Source: Micrococcus luteus NCTC 2665 | GTDB taxonomy: Bacteria; Actinomycetota; Actinomycetes; Actinomycetales; Micrococcaceae | Direction: 5' to 3' | Length of the DNA: 32,000 nucleotides | Assembly (NCBI RefSeq): GCF_000023205.1 | Contig: NC_012803.1 | Coordinates: forward strand, 960,001 to 992,000 | In this document: one piece after another, positions 31,752 through 32,000 of the stretch | Layout of the letters: each line of letters opens with the position of its first letter | Position numbering within the stretch: position 1 is the stretch's first letter | The notes under the pieces: model-generated | The model's input: the letters and a program-made list of their open reading frames with translations, nothing else | What the model was told of the DNA's origin: nothing | Database searches by the model: none | Made by a program: the position numbers and the translations under genes

Positions 31752-32000
31752 ATGGAGGAGTCGAACGTCCTGGACGCAGGGACAGTGTGGATGGTGACGA
31801 GCGCGGCGATGGTCCTGCTCATGACACCCGGACTGGCCATCTTCTACGGCGGCATGACCCGCGCGAAGTCCTCGCTCAACATGATCATGATGTCCTTCGT
31901 CTCGATGGGCCTCGTCGGCGTCGTCTGGGTCCTGTGGGTCCACGGGATGACCGGCGGCGACGGGTGGGCCGGGGTGGTGGGGAACCCCGCCGGTGACCTC
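31752..32000 (+). CDS. amt: Ammonium transporter Amt, N-terminal 83 codons (continues beyond the window)
   Basis: GAAGGAGA at 31739-31746 precedes ATG 31752. The translation is MEESNVLDAGTVWMVTSAAMVLLMTPGLAIFYGGMTRAKSSLNMIMMSFVSMGLVGVVWVLW, the canonical Amt/AmtB TM1-TM2 sequence. It is missing from the ORF track because no stop is reached. The ftsY-amt adjacency is conserved in actinobacteria. Confidence 0.88.
   Translation, partial: MEESNVLDAGTVWMVTSAAMVLLMTPGLAIFYGGMTRAKSSLNMIMMSFVSMGLVGVVWVLWVHGMTGGDGWAGVVGNPAGDL

Noticed and set aside
1-32000. CRISPR arrays, tRNA or rRNA genes, prophage or defence-system genes
   Set aside because: I saw no regularly spaced direct repeats and no cloverleaf-like or rRNA-like non-coding stretches. 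Non-coding gaps are all under 160 bp apart from IS ends. No nuclease, helicase or methylase-type ORFs are present, and the accessory content is polysaccharide biosynthesis plus one IS.

Overview
This is a very GC-rich, actinobacterial-type chromosome segment, with G/C at almost every codon third position in the real frames. Conserved housekeeping genes sit at both edges: rnc and mutM/fpg on the left, ftsY and amt on the right. Between them lies about 24 kb (1450-25405) that reads as a cell-wall glycopolymer locus of the teichuronic-acid or ABC-transporter-dependent polysaccharide type. It encodes an LCP ligase, seven GT-B glycosyltransferase-like proteins (several with multiple domains), and UDP-GlcNAc 2-epimerase (wecB) plus UDP-ManNAc dehydrogenase (wecC). 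It also carries a complete WbpA/WbpB/WbpE/WbpD-like cassette for a 2,3-diacetamido-2,3-dideoxy-uronic acid, a Wzm/Wzt-type ABC exporter and two proteins with no recognisable function. Downstream are an MFS transporter and a lower-GC gene for a secreted polysaccharide-lyase-like lipoprotein. The locus carries two lesions. The cassette's aminotransferase has a single in-frame TAG at 12403-12405. The lyase gene is split by a 1457-bp ISL3-family insertion (27820-29276) with 25-bp imperfect inverted repeats and a perfect 8-bp target duplication (TGATTCGA). The gene order rnc-fpg-[smc]-ftsY-amt known from other actinobacteria is kept, except that the glycopolymer locus occupies the place of smc. I saw no rRNA, tRNA or CRISPR array. 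All calls come from reading the translations, motifs and junctions by eye; no database search was possible.
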